Of a stretch of DNA of 64,000 nt, positions 48,941-58,834 are shown piece by piece (position 1 is the stretch's first letter; every line of letters starts with the position of its first letter). The translations under genes and the position numbers were made by a program. This DNA comes from a bacterium (GTDB lineage: Bacteria > Bacteroidota > Bacteroidia > Bacteroidales > FEN-979). The stretch lies in NCBI GenBank assembly GCA_043806735.1, contig JAZDGR010000178.1:2634-66633 (forward strand), given 5' to 3'. The notes under the pieces are model-generated. The model was not told the origin of the DNA. It searched no databases and saw nothing but the letters and a program-made list of their open reading frames with translations.

Positions 48941-50128
48941 ATGAAAAACACGCAATTCATTATCTTTCTCTCCGTCGTCATTCTAGTTTACGGATCGGTG
49001 AATTTGTATATTTTCCTGCGCGGATTCCAGGCTATCCCTGCCGGATCCTGCTGGCGCCCGTGGTTCAGCGTGATTTTCTGGGGTTTTGTTTCCACCTTTA
49101 TCCTTGCCAGGGTCCTGGAACAGATTACTCCTTCTATACTGAGTGCTGCTATGACATGGATCGGTTCCTTCTGGCTCGGTTTTATGCTGTTTTTCTTCCT
49201 GGCCGTGGCAGCGATAGATTTGGCCCGGCTGCTGAACTCCCTTTTTCACTTCTTCCCTGCTTCCTTTTACATGAATCCTGCCTATACGAAGCTCTTTACC
49301 TTTTTTATCGTGCTTGGTTTTTCTGTCATTTTGGTAGTAGGCGGTTTCATCTACGCCCGGATGCCGCGGATTAAGGAGTTACATATCACCATCTCGAAAC
49401 CTAAAGCGAAACCGGGGACATTGACGATTGTGATGGTTTCCGACATTCACCTGGGGACAATTATCGCCAGCAGGAAGGCTAACCGGTTAGTGGAAAAGAT
49501 CAATTCCATTGATCCTGATATTGTCTTATTCGCCGGAGATGTGGTGGATGAGGACCTGGCACCGGTTATCAAAAACAACCTTGGCGAAGCCTTATCCGGG
49601 ATTAAATCAAGATTAGGTGTTTATGCCATCACCGGCAACCATGAATACATCGGAGGCGTGGGGCCGGCTGTGAACTACCTGGAAGATCACGGGATCAACA
49701 TACTGCGCGATACCGCCATCCTGGTTGATGACCAGTTTTACCTGGTTGGTCGCGACGACCGGGACAAACCCCGGTTTACCGGAAAATCCCGAAAAGAGCT
49801 GAAGGATATTATCCAGGGAGTTGACACAAGTTACCCGGTCATCCTGATGGACCATCAGCCGTTCCATCTTTCCAAAGCGGCGGAACTTGGCGTTGACCTG
49901 CAGCTCTCCGGACACACACACCATGGCCAGCTTTGGCCGTTCAATTACATCACCAAGGCTATTTACGAATTAAGCTGGGGCTATAAGCGGATCGGGAACA
50001 CCCATTTCTATGTTTCCAGCGGTTATGGAACCTGGGGGCCGCCGTTGCGCCTGGGCAACCGGCCAGAGATCGTGGTGGTCGATATACTATTTATTTTACC
50101 GCAACCATTTCCCCGGAATAGGAAATGA
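48941..50128 (+). CDS. membrane-anchored metallophosphoesterase (YkuE-like)
   Basis: Four N-terminal TM helices followed by the SDIHLG, GDVVDE, GNHE and GHTHHG motifs. Confidence 0.85.
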   Translation: MKNTQFIIFLSVVILVYGSVNLYIFLRGFQAIPAGSCWRPWFSVIFWGFVSTFILARVLEQITPSILSAAMTWIGSFWLGFMLFFFLAVAAIDLARLLNSLFHFFPASFYMNPAYTKLFTFFIVLGFSVILVVGGFIYARMPRIKELHITISKPKAKPGTLTIVMVSDIHLGTIIASRKANRLVEKINSIDPDIVLFAGDVVDEDLAPVIKNNLGEALSGIKSRLGVYAITGNHEYIGGVGPAVNYLEDHGINILRDTAILVDDQFYLVGRDDRDKPRFTGKSRKELKDIIQGVDTSYPVILMDHQPFHLSKAAELGVDLQLSGHTHHGQLWPFNYITKAIYELSWGYKRIGNTHFYVSSGYGTWGPPLRLGNRPEIVVVDILFILPQPFPRNRK

Positions 50129-52528
50129 TTTTTTCGGGGTTCGTCGTGATTTCTAGTCCTGTTCCATGGTTGGGGCTGACAATGACAACTTTAAAAATCC
50201 GGGTTTGCAACATTCCGGCAAAGTTTCCTTTTCGTTTTCCGATGGTGAGCGTCGCATTTTCATGGTCCCAGGCGAAGTCGATTGTTGTGTATTTTCCATT
50301 TTCGTAATTGTAATTATCCCCCTCATCCTCATACAGAGTAAACATTGCATCAGTACCCGAATAGAGGCGAAGCTCGATCGGATCTGGGGATTTTTCTTCA
50401 GCGTATTGCAGGAACGGGCCCATCGGGATGATGGAACCTGCTCTTACATATAGCGGAATGATGTCGATGGGTGTTTCACGGGTCATTTTTGTGCCGCCCT
50501 GAAGTCTGGTCCCTGTCCAGAAATCGAACCAATCGGTTCCTGCCGGTAAATAAAGGGAAACCGAATCCGGATCATCCAGTAATCTTGTTCTTGTGGTGTC
50601 CTTCGGGAAATATTGTTCCTCCGTTACCGGAGTTACCAGAATCGAAGGGCCAAACATATACTGATTATCAATCTCATAAACGTTTTTATCCCGGGCGAAA
50701 TCCATCGGGAGTCCACGCATCATAGTATAGCCTTCCGATGTGACTTTCCATGCTACTGAATAGATATACGGCATCAGTCGATAACGGAGATGGAGGAACC
50801 GGCTCATTGCCTCATAATTCCAGTCACCCACATCGCCGAATTGCCAGACCTCCCGCGGACTATGGGTTCCGTGAGACCGGAAGACCGGGCAGAATGCACC
50901 AAATTCGAACCATCTGACATACAATTCTTTGTATGATGGATCTTTACATCCTCCAGGGTATTCGCCCGGACCAAATCCTTTATCATGTCCCTTGAGAAAG
51001 AAAGCACCGATATCCGTAGTCCAGTATGGGATCCCTGCCATGCAGAAATTTAGTCCGGCCGAAATCTGACGACGAAACACGCTGTAGCTGGCGTTGATAT
51101 CACCCGACCAGGTGATGGCGGCGTTTCGCTGCTGTCCGGCAAATGCTGACCGGGTCAAAATCAATACCCGTTTATCCGGGAAATCCTTACGCCATTTTCC
51201 GTAAACTCCTTCAGTTGTCATCAGGGAGTATGGATTGAGGTATACAGCTATCGGTCCCAAGGCCGTATTCCCAAACTTCTTGATGTTGGTTTCCGACTCT
51301 TCAAATGTATGCTGGTCGGCCAGTTCAGGCTCGGTGGCATCCATCCACAACCCGTCGACGCCTTTTGCCATCAGGCCATCGCTGATATAGCGCCAGTAAA
51401 TATCCCGGGCCTGGGGATTGAATGCATCATACAAATAACCGCTGCTCCAATGTACTGGCAGATAGGTCAAGCCTTTTTCGTTTAGTTCCCTGAAGATCTT
51501 TGTATCCCGCCCAAGGGCAGGCCAGATCGAAATCACATAATGAACATGAAAGAGGGTATGGAGTTTTTCCAGTGTTTTTGCCGGCTCTGGATAAACTTTC
51601 GGATCGAATTCCATTGAACTCCACATGTTATTCTCACCCCAATAACGCCAGTCCTGGACGATCACATCAAGGGGAAGGCGGCGCATACGGTATTCCGCAA
51701 CAACATCAGTGAGCTCTTTGGCATCGATATAACGTTCCTTGCTTTGCCAGAATCCGTATGCCCATTTTCCAAACATGGGAGCCTGTCCCGTAGCCATCCG
51801 ATAGCCAGCAATGACCTCTCCATATCGTCACCAAAAAAAAGATAATAATCGGCCTGGTTCCCATATTCCGACCAGAAAGTGGCTCCGTTACTACGGTCGT
51901 CTCTAAAATAGGTTTTGGAGTAGTTGTCCCACAGGATCCCCCAGCCTTGCGTCGAGACAAGAAACGGATTTACTGCCGTAGTATTGGTCTGGATGAGCGT
52001 CACCTCTTTCCCCCGGTGGTTCATCCAGCCGTATTGATGCTGCCCTAAACCATAAATCCCTTCGTCGGGAGTAAGTTTGAACGTTTCAAACACGTTCCAT
52101 GAGGGCTCCTCACCGATCATTACAGGAGAAAATGCACGTTCTTTTTCCGCGATGAGAAGGTTGCCTTTGTGGTCAGTGAATCTGCAAAGAATCGTAGCCG
52201 GGTCGATCTCAACCGTAATTGCCGCTGTTTTCAAGAGTATTTTATCTGCTTTTCTGTCCAGGATCCAGGATGCCGGAGCCCAGGATCCGGTGACTGAAAG
52301 ACTCTGTTTTTCGGGTATTTGTTGTCCGGGAGCGCAAGTCACGTGCACGATCCTGTCGGTACAAATCGCTACTCTCAGGGTAAAGAGTTCGCACCTAAGA
52401 AACACTCCATTAGCCATTTGTTCCAATTTGTATTTCTCTTTCGGAAGAGCCATGCCGGGGTTGGATGAAAACATGACACAAGTAAGTGTAGCGAGCAAGA
52501 ACTGCACACAGGATCTGGGTGTTTTCAT
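50091..52528 (-). pseudogene. GH31 alpha-glucosidase/alpha-xylosidase split by a 1-nt frameshift
   Basis: The N-terminal ORF 51662..52528 and C-terminal ORF 50091..51797 overlap. The conserved sequence ..YYLFFGDDME / EVIAGYRMATGQAPMFGKWAYGFWQSKERY changes frame at about 51817-51820. GVDGLWMDATEPE and WSGDI are intact. Confidence 0.85.
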
Positions 52529-52564
52529 GCGGTAAATGTAAGAAGAAAACCCTATTTTTGCGAG

Positions 52565-53623
52565 ATGAAGAAAAGCTGGCGCCTCATCTAACCTTGCTTA
52601 TCACATAAACATCGACTTGCTGGATATTGAATATGGCGAAGTCGAGAAAAACCAAAACCTTTCGGAGATCCTGGCTCCTTATGTATCATACCAGGTTATT
52701 GATAAATTAGCCAGGACAACGCGAAATATCTTTGATGTCAGGAAGATCAAGCCGGGGAACCAGTATGCCTTCATTACTACGCGTGATTCTGCGAAAACAA
52801 CTCTCTACTTTGTTTATGAGATTTCTGACACGGACTTTGTGGTCTATGATTTCCGTGATTCTTTGAGAGTATATAAAGACCGGAAGAAAGTCACCAGGAC
52901 GATAAACAGTGCATCGGGAACCATCACTTCCTCTCTCTGGAATACCTTCCTAGACCGTGGACTGGACATTAACCTTGCCTTGAAGTTATCAGATGTATAT
53001 GCCAAACTATAGATTTCTATGGACTTCAGAATGGAGACAATTTCAGGTTATTATATGAAAAGCTATCGATTAATACAAACCAGATAGGAATCGGAAACAT
53101 TATTGCCTGCGAATTTGAATCGGGGGGGAAGAAATTCTATGCTTTTTACTTTGTGCAGGACAGTGTGGGGGAGTATTTTGATGAACTGGCCCAGAGGTTG
53201 CAGCGCACTTTCCTCAAAGCACCTCTTCGTTTTTCGAGAATCAGCTCGCGATTTTCGCATGCACGTAAGCATCCGATCCTCAAGATCTACAGGCCGCATT
53301 TTGGGGTCGATTACAGTGCACCCCGTGGAACTCCCGTTGTCGCCCTGGGAGACGGCAAAGTGATTGAGGCCGGCTGGCATGGAGGATTCGGAAGGTATGT
53401 GAGAATCCGTCACAATAGTGTCTATTCAACCGGGTACGGTCATTTAAGCGGCTATGGACCGGGGATCAAAGCAGGTAAATATGTGAAACAAGGAGATGTC
53501 AGTGGTATTACCAGCATGCGCTGGAATTATCAAGGAGGGGATTTGAGGTTTCTGTCCTGGCCCATTCCTGTTCTCACCTGCGCAAGAAAATCCAGGATAG
53601 TGCAATCAGGTGTACCGGCCTGA
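52565..53623 (+). pseudogene. M23 peptidoglycan metalloendopeptidase, multiply disrupted
   Basis: MKKSWRLI* at 52565-52591. Homology resumes at 52617. There is a frameshift at about 53005 (..LSDVYA / TIDFYGLQNGD..). The HFGVDYSAP motif is intact, but the C-terminal HxH region is frameshifted after about 53500. Confidence 0.75.
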
Positions 53624-53625
53624 CC

Positions 53626-54153
53626 ATGAATAACTACTCTTTTTTGAATCCGTTGAAGCATTGGAAAGTGTGCCGGACCATCTGGAAAGAGAATCCGGAT
53701 GTTGTCATTTTGAACGGACGAAATGAATTAAAACTGGGAGCTATTTCTTCCTGTCTACTTCGGGTAAATAAAATCATTTACAGAAGAGGAAACGGAAAAC
53801 GGATCCGGCCACAACGGATTGCCGTTCTGGGTCGACTTTCGATGGAAAAGGGGGTCGACCTGGCCATCATGGCTTTTAAGAGAATCCGACAGGAGTTACC
53901 GGCTGCCAGGCTGGTCATCATCGGGGAAGGGGGAGAACGGCAAGCTCTGATGAGGTTATCGGATCAGTTTGGGATGGACGGGAGTGTCGAATTTGTCGGA
54001 TTCCAAGAAAACCCCACGGAAGTTCTTTCGGGGTGTTCAGTTCTGATGATCCCTTCGCGATGGGAAGGTTTTTCCTATGCAAAGCTGGAAGCCATGAGCC
54101 TCAAAATGCCTGTCGTTGCTTTCGGAGAAACAGGATTTGATTATTCCCGATAG
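53626..54153 (+). pseudogene. GT4-family glycosyltransferase fragment (internal and terminal deletions)
   Basis: ..PDVVILNGRNELKLGA.. joins directly to ..RIAVLGRLSMEKGVDLAIMAF..IIGEGGER..PSRWEGFSYAKLEAMS.. . It is 175 aa against the roughly 370 aa expected. Confidence 0.65.
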
Positions 54154-54179
54154 TGCAAACAAAGCTCCGATCTCCTTTC

Positions 54180-54541
54180 TCTCTTCAGGGCAGATCCGTT
54201 ATCTGGCTGACGCAGGATGGGAAATCGGATCCCACCTTGTTTCCCACAAATCGGTTATTCAACTTTCAGACCAGGATGTGAGAGATGAACTTGAACAATC
54301 CAAAACCCAACTGGAAGGAATCTCCGGGAAGCCAGTCGTTACAGTTGCTTATCCCTATGGTTCCTATGATGAACGGACTCTGCGAATGGTTAGGGAGATA
54401 GGATTCCATTTCGGATTAACGACTGATCAGCCTCCCCTTGGCAACTTTCCTTTGCTTGAACTCCCCAGAAACCATGTCAAAGGAGCCAGCTGGCACCATA
54501 GATTCTCTTTCACGCGCATTTTCCGGCATCATGGAGCTTAA
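54180..54541 (+). pseudogene. polysaccharide deacetylase (NodB-type) C-terminal half only
   Basis: ..GQIRYLADAGWEIGSHLVSHKSV..ELEQSKTQLEGISGKPVVTVAYPYGSYD.. is present. The N-terminal metal-binding half is absent. Confidence 0.6.
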
Positions 54542-55131
54542 GGTCTATACCAGAATTGACGATCCTGAGCTTGTTATCGGGTGGAAGAGCTTCGAAGAAG
54601 AGGCAGAAATTTTTCCTCAATCGAGGTATTCCTGGGCAAACTGTTGGTGGAAGCACATGTGGAGCAAACAATCCCTGTATACTATTGCAGTGAAAAATGA
54701 TGTGGTGGGAAGACTATATTCATTCGCTGCGAACAAGTGTAAGGCGGAATATCCGGGCCCGGCTCCGGAAGCTGGAGACTTCCGGGAAGGTAACATTCAG
54801 ATGCATTGATAAACAGACTGATTTCGAAGAAGTTGAACAGGTTCTGGGTACTATGTATGCTATCAGGTTAAGAGAATCAGGCCGAAATCCCAAAACTCGG
54901 GATGAACTTCTTTTCAGAAAAGAGTTGATCACTCAAGGATTTCAGGAGAAGTACCTCGTGCTTTTCCTTTTGCAGTATGTCAGGCATTTATCCCTGGAAG
55001 TTGGATTTCTCGGCAGGAGGAAAACCCCAGACGAAAGTTACCGTTTTCAGTTCATCACGAAGGCTACGGGCATTACTGTACCGTGTTCTGTTGACAAAGT
55101 CTGGAGTCCAGACAAATTCATGAAGAGATGA
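54531..55131 (+). pseudogene. CelD/BioF2-like GNAT acetyltransferase, frameshifted and internally deleted
   Basis: MELKVYTRIDDPELVIGWKSFEEEAEIFPQSRYSWANCWWKH.. continues in another frame as ..WEDYIHSLRTSVRRNIRARLRKLETSGKVTF.. . The expected middle part is missing. Confidence 0.55.
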
Positions 55132-56194
55132 TCGTTTTACTCCGGATTTTGAAAGCCGGACACTCATCGGAACCGGTATACCATTTACACCTTGGCTTGC
55201 AATCGAGGCAGGAAACGATCATCTCTTCATGGTGCTGGGCTTTGGATACCCAATGCGGGTCTGCTAGGATCGGTCTACCCAGGTTCACAAAATCGGCGTA
55301 GTTATGTTCAATCAAATAATTCGCGCGTTCAGGTGTGCGGATCTCATTCACCACTCCCACCGGTAGCCCAACCCTGGATTTGATCACGGTTCCGCTGTAA
55401 CAGATCCAGTTGAATTCGAATCCTTTGGGCGGACGGGGAAGACTTACCAGGGTGCCTCCGTGTGAAACATCAAGTAAATCCACTTTTTGCTGTTCCAGTA
55501 ACTGTGCAATGCGGATCCCATTTTCAAGTGCCGGAGAGTTTGCTCCCATGCGGTAAGCCACTAAAAAGGAATTCCCGCACCGGGTCCTGATCCCTTCGAT
55601 GATCTCACAAGCCAGCTTCATCCTGCCCCAAAGATCTCCTCCATATTCATCTTCCCTGTGGTTGTAATGACTTGACGCAAACTGACTGAGGAGGTAACCG
55701 TGGGCTCCATGAATCTGGACACCGTCAAATCCGGCCTGTTGTGCCCGTAACGCTGCCCGGATAAAATTATCCCGGATGGCGTGAATTTCTTCTAGGGTCA
55801 AAGCTCTTGATTTCGGGTTTTTTGGATCGGCGGAGGGTCCCAATGGCAACTGGGTGACACTTTCTGGTGCGACAAGTCCGGCATGATGCAGCTGAATCAG
55901 GGAGACGGCCCCAAAGGCTTTCACAACTCTGGAAATCTGGCTCAGTCCTTCAATTTGCTCATCAGACCATATTCCCAATTGGCAGGGAGCTAACCGGCCA
56001 TCATTTTGGATACAGGTTGCCTCGGTCACGATAATACCAGCACCCCCTTCAGCTCGTTCGTGGTAATGGTCAATGTTTCTTTTGGTGACCAATCCATCTT
56101 CCCCCGTATACTCAAAGCAGACCATGGGAGGCATGATCACCCGGTTTTTAACAGGGATGCCTTTCAATATAAAAGAGGTAAAAAGGGCCAGCAT
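55118..56194 (-). CDS. NADH:flavin oxidoreductase (Old Yellow Enzyme family) with C-terminal Cys cluster
   Basis: Contains PPMV.., HGAHGYLLSQF, and the C-terminal CLDCKPRCKWYTGSDECP. ATG 56194 is preferred because it abuts the upstream gene's stop at 56197. Confidence 0.85.
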   Translation of the reverse strand: MLALFTSFILKGIPVKNRVIMPPMVCFEYTGEDGLVTKRNIDHYHERAEGGAGIIVTEATCIQNDGRLAPCQLGIWSDEQIEGLSQISRVVKAFGAVSLIQLHHAGLVAPESVTQLPLGPSADPKNPKSRALTLEEIHAIRDNFIRAALRAQQAGFDGVQIHGAHGYLLSQFASSHYNHREDEYGGDLWGRMKLACEIIEGIRTRCGNSFLVAYRMGANSPALENGIRIAQLLEQQKVDLLDVSHGGTLVSLPRPPKGFEFNWICYSGTVIKSRVGLPVGVVNEIRTPERANYLIEHNYADFVNLGRPILADPHWVSKAQHHEEMIVSCLDCKPRCKWYTGSDECPAFKIRSKTIISS

Positions 56195-56196
56195 AC

Positions 56197-56706
56197 TTAA
56201 TTCGATTTCGTAAAAGGATGCGGATTTTTCCACATCTTCCAAATGAGAAAGACCGGAAAAAGAAACCAGGGAGCATTGGCCAGCAATACCAACGGCAGGT
56301 TGAGGGCCGGTGTGGGGCCCCAGATCTCTTCACTGCAGATGATGGTTACATTGGTAAAGAGTATAGACATCACAATGAACGTCGGGATCCGGATCCAGTC
56401 TTTTCCTTTACTAAACGCATAGATCGCAAAGGCGTAATAGGGGCCGAAAAGAATGACATCCAGCCAGATTGTCGCTTTCCACCAAACCGGACGGAGCCAC
56501 GGAAGGGGATCGAAGGTACTCCCCCACCAGTGTACCATATCCACTAGGAAAGGTAAGGGCCAGACCGGGTACTTAAAGTTTCCTGGATCTTGAATAACAA
56601 GTTGCTCAAGATCAACGATGTACGTTATAAAGAACAGGTTTAATAAGAAAAATACCAGGTAGATGTAATCCACCTTTCGCTGTTTTAGAGGAATCGGGGT
56701 GCGCAT
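56197..56706 (-). CDS. EXPERA-domain membrane protein (TMEM97 / sigma-2-receptor / EBP-like; DUF2781)
   Basis: Four TM helices. The segment GPYYAFAIYAFSKGKDWIRIPTFIVMS matches, from memory, the TMEM97 segment ..ATYAFLKGSCKWIRTPAIIYS.. . Starts at ATG 56706. The ORF-track TTG start at 56751 lies inside a repeat array. Confidence 0.65.
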   Translation of the reverse strand: MRTPIPLKQRKVDYIYLVFFLLNLFFITYIVDLEQLVIQDPGNFKYPVWPLPFLVDMVHWWGSTFDPLPWLRPVWWKATIWLDVILFGPYYAFAIYAFSKGKDWIRIPTFIVMSILFTNVTIICSEEIWGPTPALNLPLVLLANAPWFLFPVFLIWKMWKNPHPFTKSN

Positions 56707-56721
56707 ATGTGGTTTAATTAA

Positions 56722-56750
56722 CAGTTTGCAGTTGGCAGTTGCAGTTGGCA
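56722..56750. repeat. heptamer array cagtttg cagttgg cagttg cagttgg
   Basis: It lies 16 nt upstream of the EXPERA start on the minus strand, and 14 nt downstream of the SDR stop. Its complement, CCAACTG, recurs at 58896-58923. Confidence 0.8.
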
Positions 56751-56763
56751 AAGGTAAAATAAA

Positions 56764-57588
56764 TCAAAGATTTTTCATCTTCTCACGGCCGGTCCGGGCC
56801 ATCTGACATGCGAGGTTCAGCCTGAATCCCGAAAAGTTGGAGATGAACGCCCCCAACCTGACCGAAGGGTCTGAGTACATGATAGGTTTTGGTTTAAGGA
56901 TCAGCCGGATCAATTGATCGGCCACATCTTCAGGCGTTCTGGGTTTGGTGAATTTCCGGGTCAGCCAGTTTTGTTTCCGGCTCATGAGAAAGTCCTGCGA
57001 AACTTCCCCGATCCGTGATTCGGGCTTAGAGTCTGTCAGAATGTACCCGGGGAAATACTCACTGACGATAATCCCTGAACCGGTCCATTCGGCTTGGATG
57101 GTGCGGGTCCATGCCGAAAACGCAGCTTTCGAGCACACATAAGGAGCATAAAAAGGGATCCCCATCATAAACCCGGGAGAGCCGATGTTGATAATATGCA
57201 ATCCTCCATGATCTTTCGATAGGGACACCGCTTCCTGTGTTGCGGCAACTGCTCCGATCAGGTTGGTCTGGATGGTTTTCAGGAGATCTGCGGAAGAGAC
57301 TGTTTCAGCCGGTGAGACAATAATACAGGCTGCATTGTTGACCAATACATCTAATCTGCCAAAATGTGCGATTACGTCCCTGACCATTTGCTTTGCCTGA
57401 AGTTCGTCGTGCATATCCACCCGGATGACAAAGGCACCGGTCATCTTTTCTGCCAGTTCATCAAGCTTATCTTTTCGACGGGCTGCAAGGGCCACCCGGG
57501 CGCCTGCCCGCTCAAAAGCCAGGGCAGCTGCCGCACCTATTCCCGAAGAAGCGCCTGTGATAAGAATGATCTTGTCGCGGATATACAT
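56764..57588 (-). CDS. SDR family oxidoreductase
   Basis: ITGASSGIGAA, NNAA and YVCSKAA motifs. Confidence 0.88.
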   Translation of the reverse strand: MYIRDKIILITGASSGIGAAAALAFERAGARVALAARRKDKLDELAEKMTGAFVIRVDMHDELQAKQMVRDVIAHFGRLDVLVNNAACIIVSPAETVSSADLLKTIQTNLIGAVAATQEAVSLSKDHGGLHIINIGSPGFMMGIPFYAPYVCSKAAFSAWTRTIQAEWTGSGIIVSEYFPGYILTDSKPESRIGEVSQDFLMSRKQNWLTRKFTKPRTPEDVADQLIRLILKPKPIMYSDPSVRLGAFISNFSGFRLNLACQMARTGREKMKNL

Positions 57589-57609
57589 GAATTACGAATT
57601 ACGAATTAG
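57589..57609. repeat. heptamer array gaattac gaattac gaattag, abutting the SDR start codon
   Basis: On the minus strand it reads cctaattc gtaattc gtaattc ATG. The ATTCGTAATTCGT core is the same as at 29669-29696. Confidence 0.85.
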
Positions 57610-57688
57610 GCAAAAATCGAGATTTCAATCGTAAATTTAAAATTATACTTCGTAAATTCATAAGTTTGTATGAACCAAATACGAGATT

Positions 57689-58834
57689 ATGAGGACAAGT
57701 ATACACCTGCTGCTCTTGCTGATCCTCGGATCAGGAGCGATCATCTCCTGCCAGAATTCAGGAAACCGGAATGCATCATCCGATACTTTAACACTTTCCG
57801 TCATGAAAACACCATTTGGCATTGCCGACAACAAAGAGGTTTTCCTCTATACACTCACTAACAAACATGCGATCACAGTAAAGATCACCAACTATGGCGC
57901 CATCATCACCCAGATATGGATTCCGGACAAATCAGGAAGACCGGGGGATATTGTGCTAGGATATGACAGCCTGCAGGATTACATTCAAAATAATCCCTAT
58001 TTCGGAGCCATTGCGGGAAGGTATGCCAACCGGATCGCCAAAGGGAAGTTTTCGCTGGATGGAAAAACTTATCAACTGGTAAAAAACAACGGGAATAACC
58101 ATCTGCATGGTGGAGCTAAGGGACTGGACAAAGTCGTGTGGGATGCCCACGAATTTTCGGATTCGCTGGTAACCGGGGTAGTTCTGACGTACCTGAGCAA
58201 GGATGGAGAAGAAGGGTATCCCGGAAATTTGAACATTCAGGTCACCTACTCATTAAATAACCTGGATGAACTGGAAACGCTTATCGAAGCTACAACGGAT
58301 AAACCTACCCCTGTTAATCTTTGCAACCACACCTATTTCAATCTTAGCGAAGCCGACACCAATATTCTGGGGCACATTCTTTCTATCGTAGCAGCAGAAC
58401 TCACCGATGTAAATGATGAGCTGATTCCTACAGGTACGCTTCCCCCAATTGCAGGAACGCCTATGGATTTCAATATACCTCATCAAATCGGTCAGGGGAT
58501 CTCTGACGTTAAGGGCGGGTATGACCACAACTATGTGTTGTCGAAAACTCCCGGAGCATTTGCCTTTGCTGCGACCTTGATAGATCCACGGTCTGGACGC
58601 GAAGTCAAGATCTATACGACCCAACCCGGGATTCAGTTCTACTCAGGGAATTTCCTGGATGGCACCATCCAAGGAAAGGGCGGGAAAATTTACCAAAAAC
58701 ATTATGGATTATGCCTTGAAACGCAGCATTTCCCAGACTCCCCGAACCAGCCAGCCTTTCCGAATACCATTCTGAGACCAGGGGAGGAGTATAAGGAGGT
58801 GACGGTGTACAAGTTTAGGGTGACTGATCAATGA
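57689..58834 (+). CDS. galM: aldose 1-epimerase (galactose mutarotase) with signal peptide
   Basis: GRYANRIA, NNGNNHLHGG and CLETQHFPDSPN motifs. Confidence 0.9.
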   Translation: MRTSIHLLLLLILGSGAIISCQNSGNRNASSDTLTLSVMKTPFGIADNKEVFLYTLTNKHAITVKITNYGAIITQIWIPDKSGRPGDIVLGYDSLQDYIQNNPYFGAIAGRYANRIAKGKFSLDGKTYQLVKNNGNNHLHGGAKGLDKVVWDAHEFSDSLVTGVVLTYLSKDGEEGYPGNLNIQVTYSLNNLDELETLIEATTDKPTPVNLCNHTYFNLSEADTNILGHILSIVAAELTDVNDELIPTGTLPPIAGTPMDFNIPHQIGQGISDVKGGYDHNYVLSKTPGAFAFAATLIDPRSGREVKIYTTQPGIQFYSGNFLDGTIQGKGGKIYQKHYGLCLETQHFPDSPNQPAFPNTILRPGEEYKEVTVYKFRVTDQ

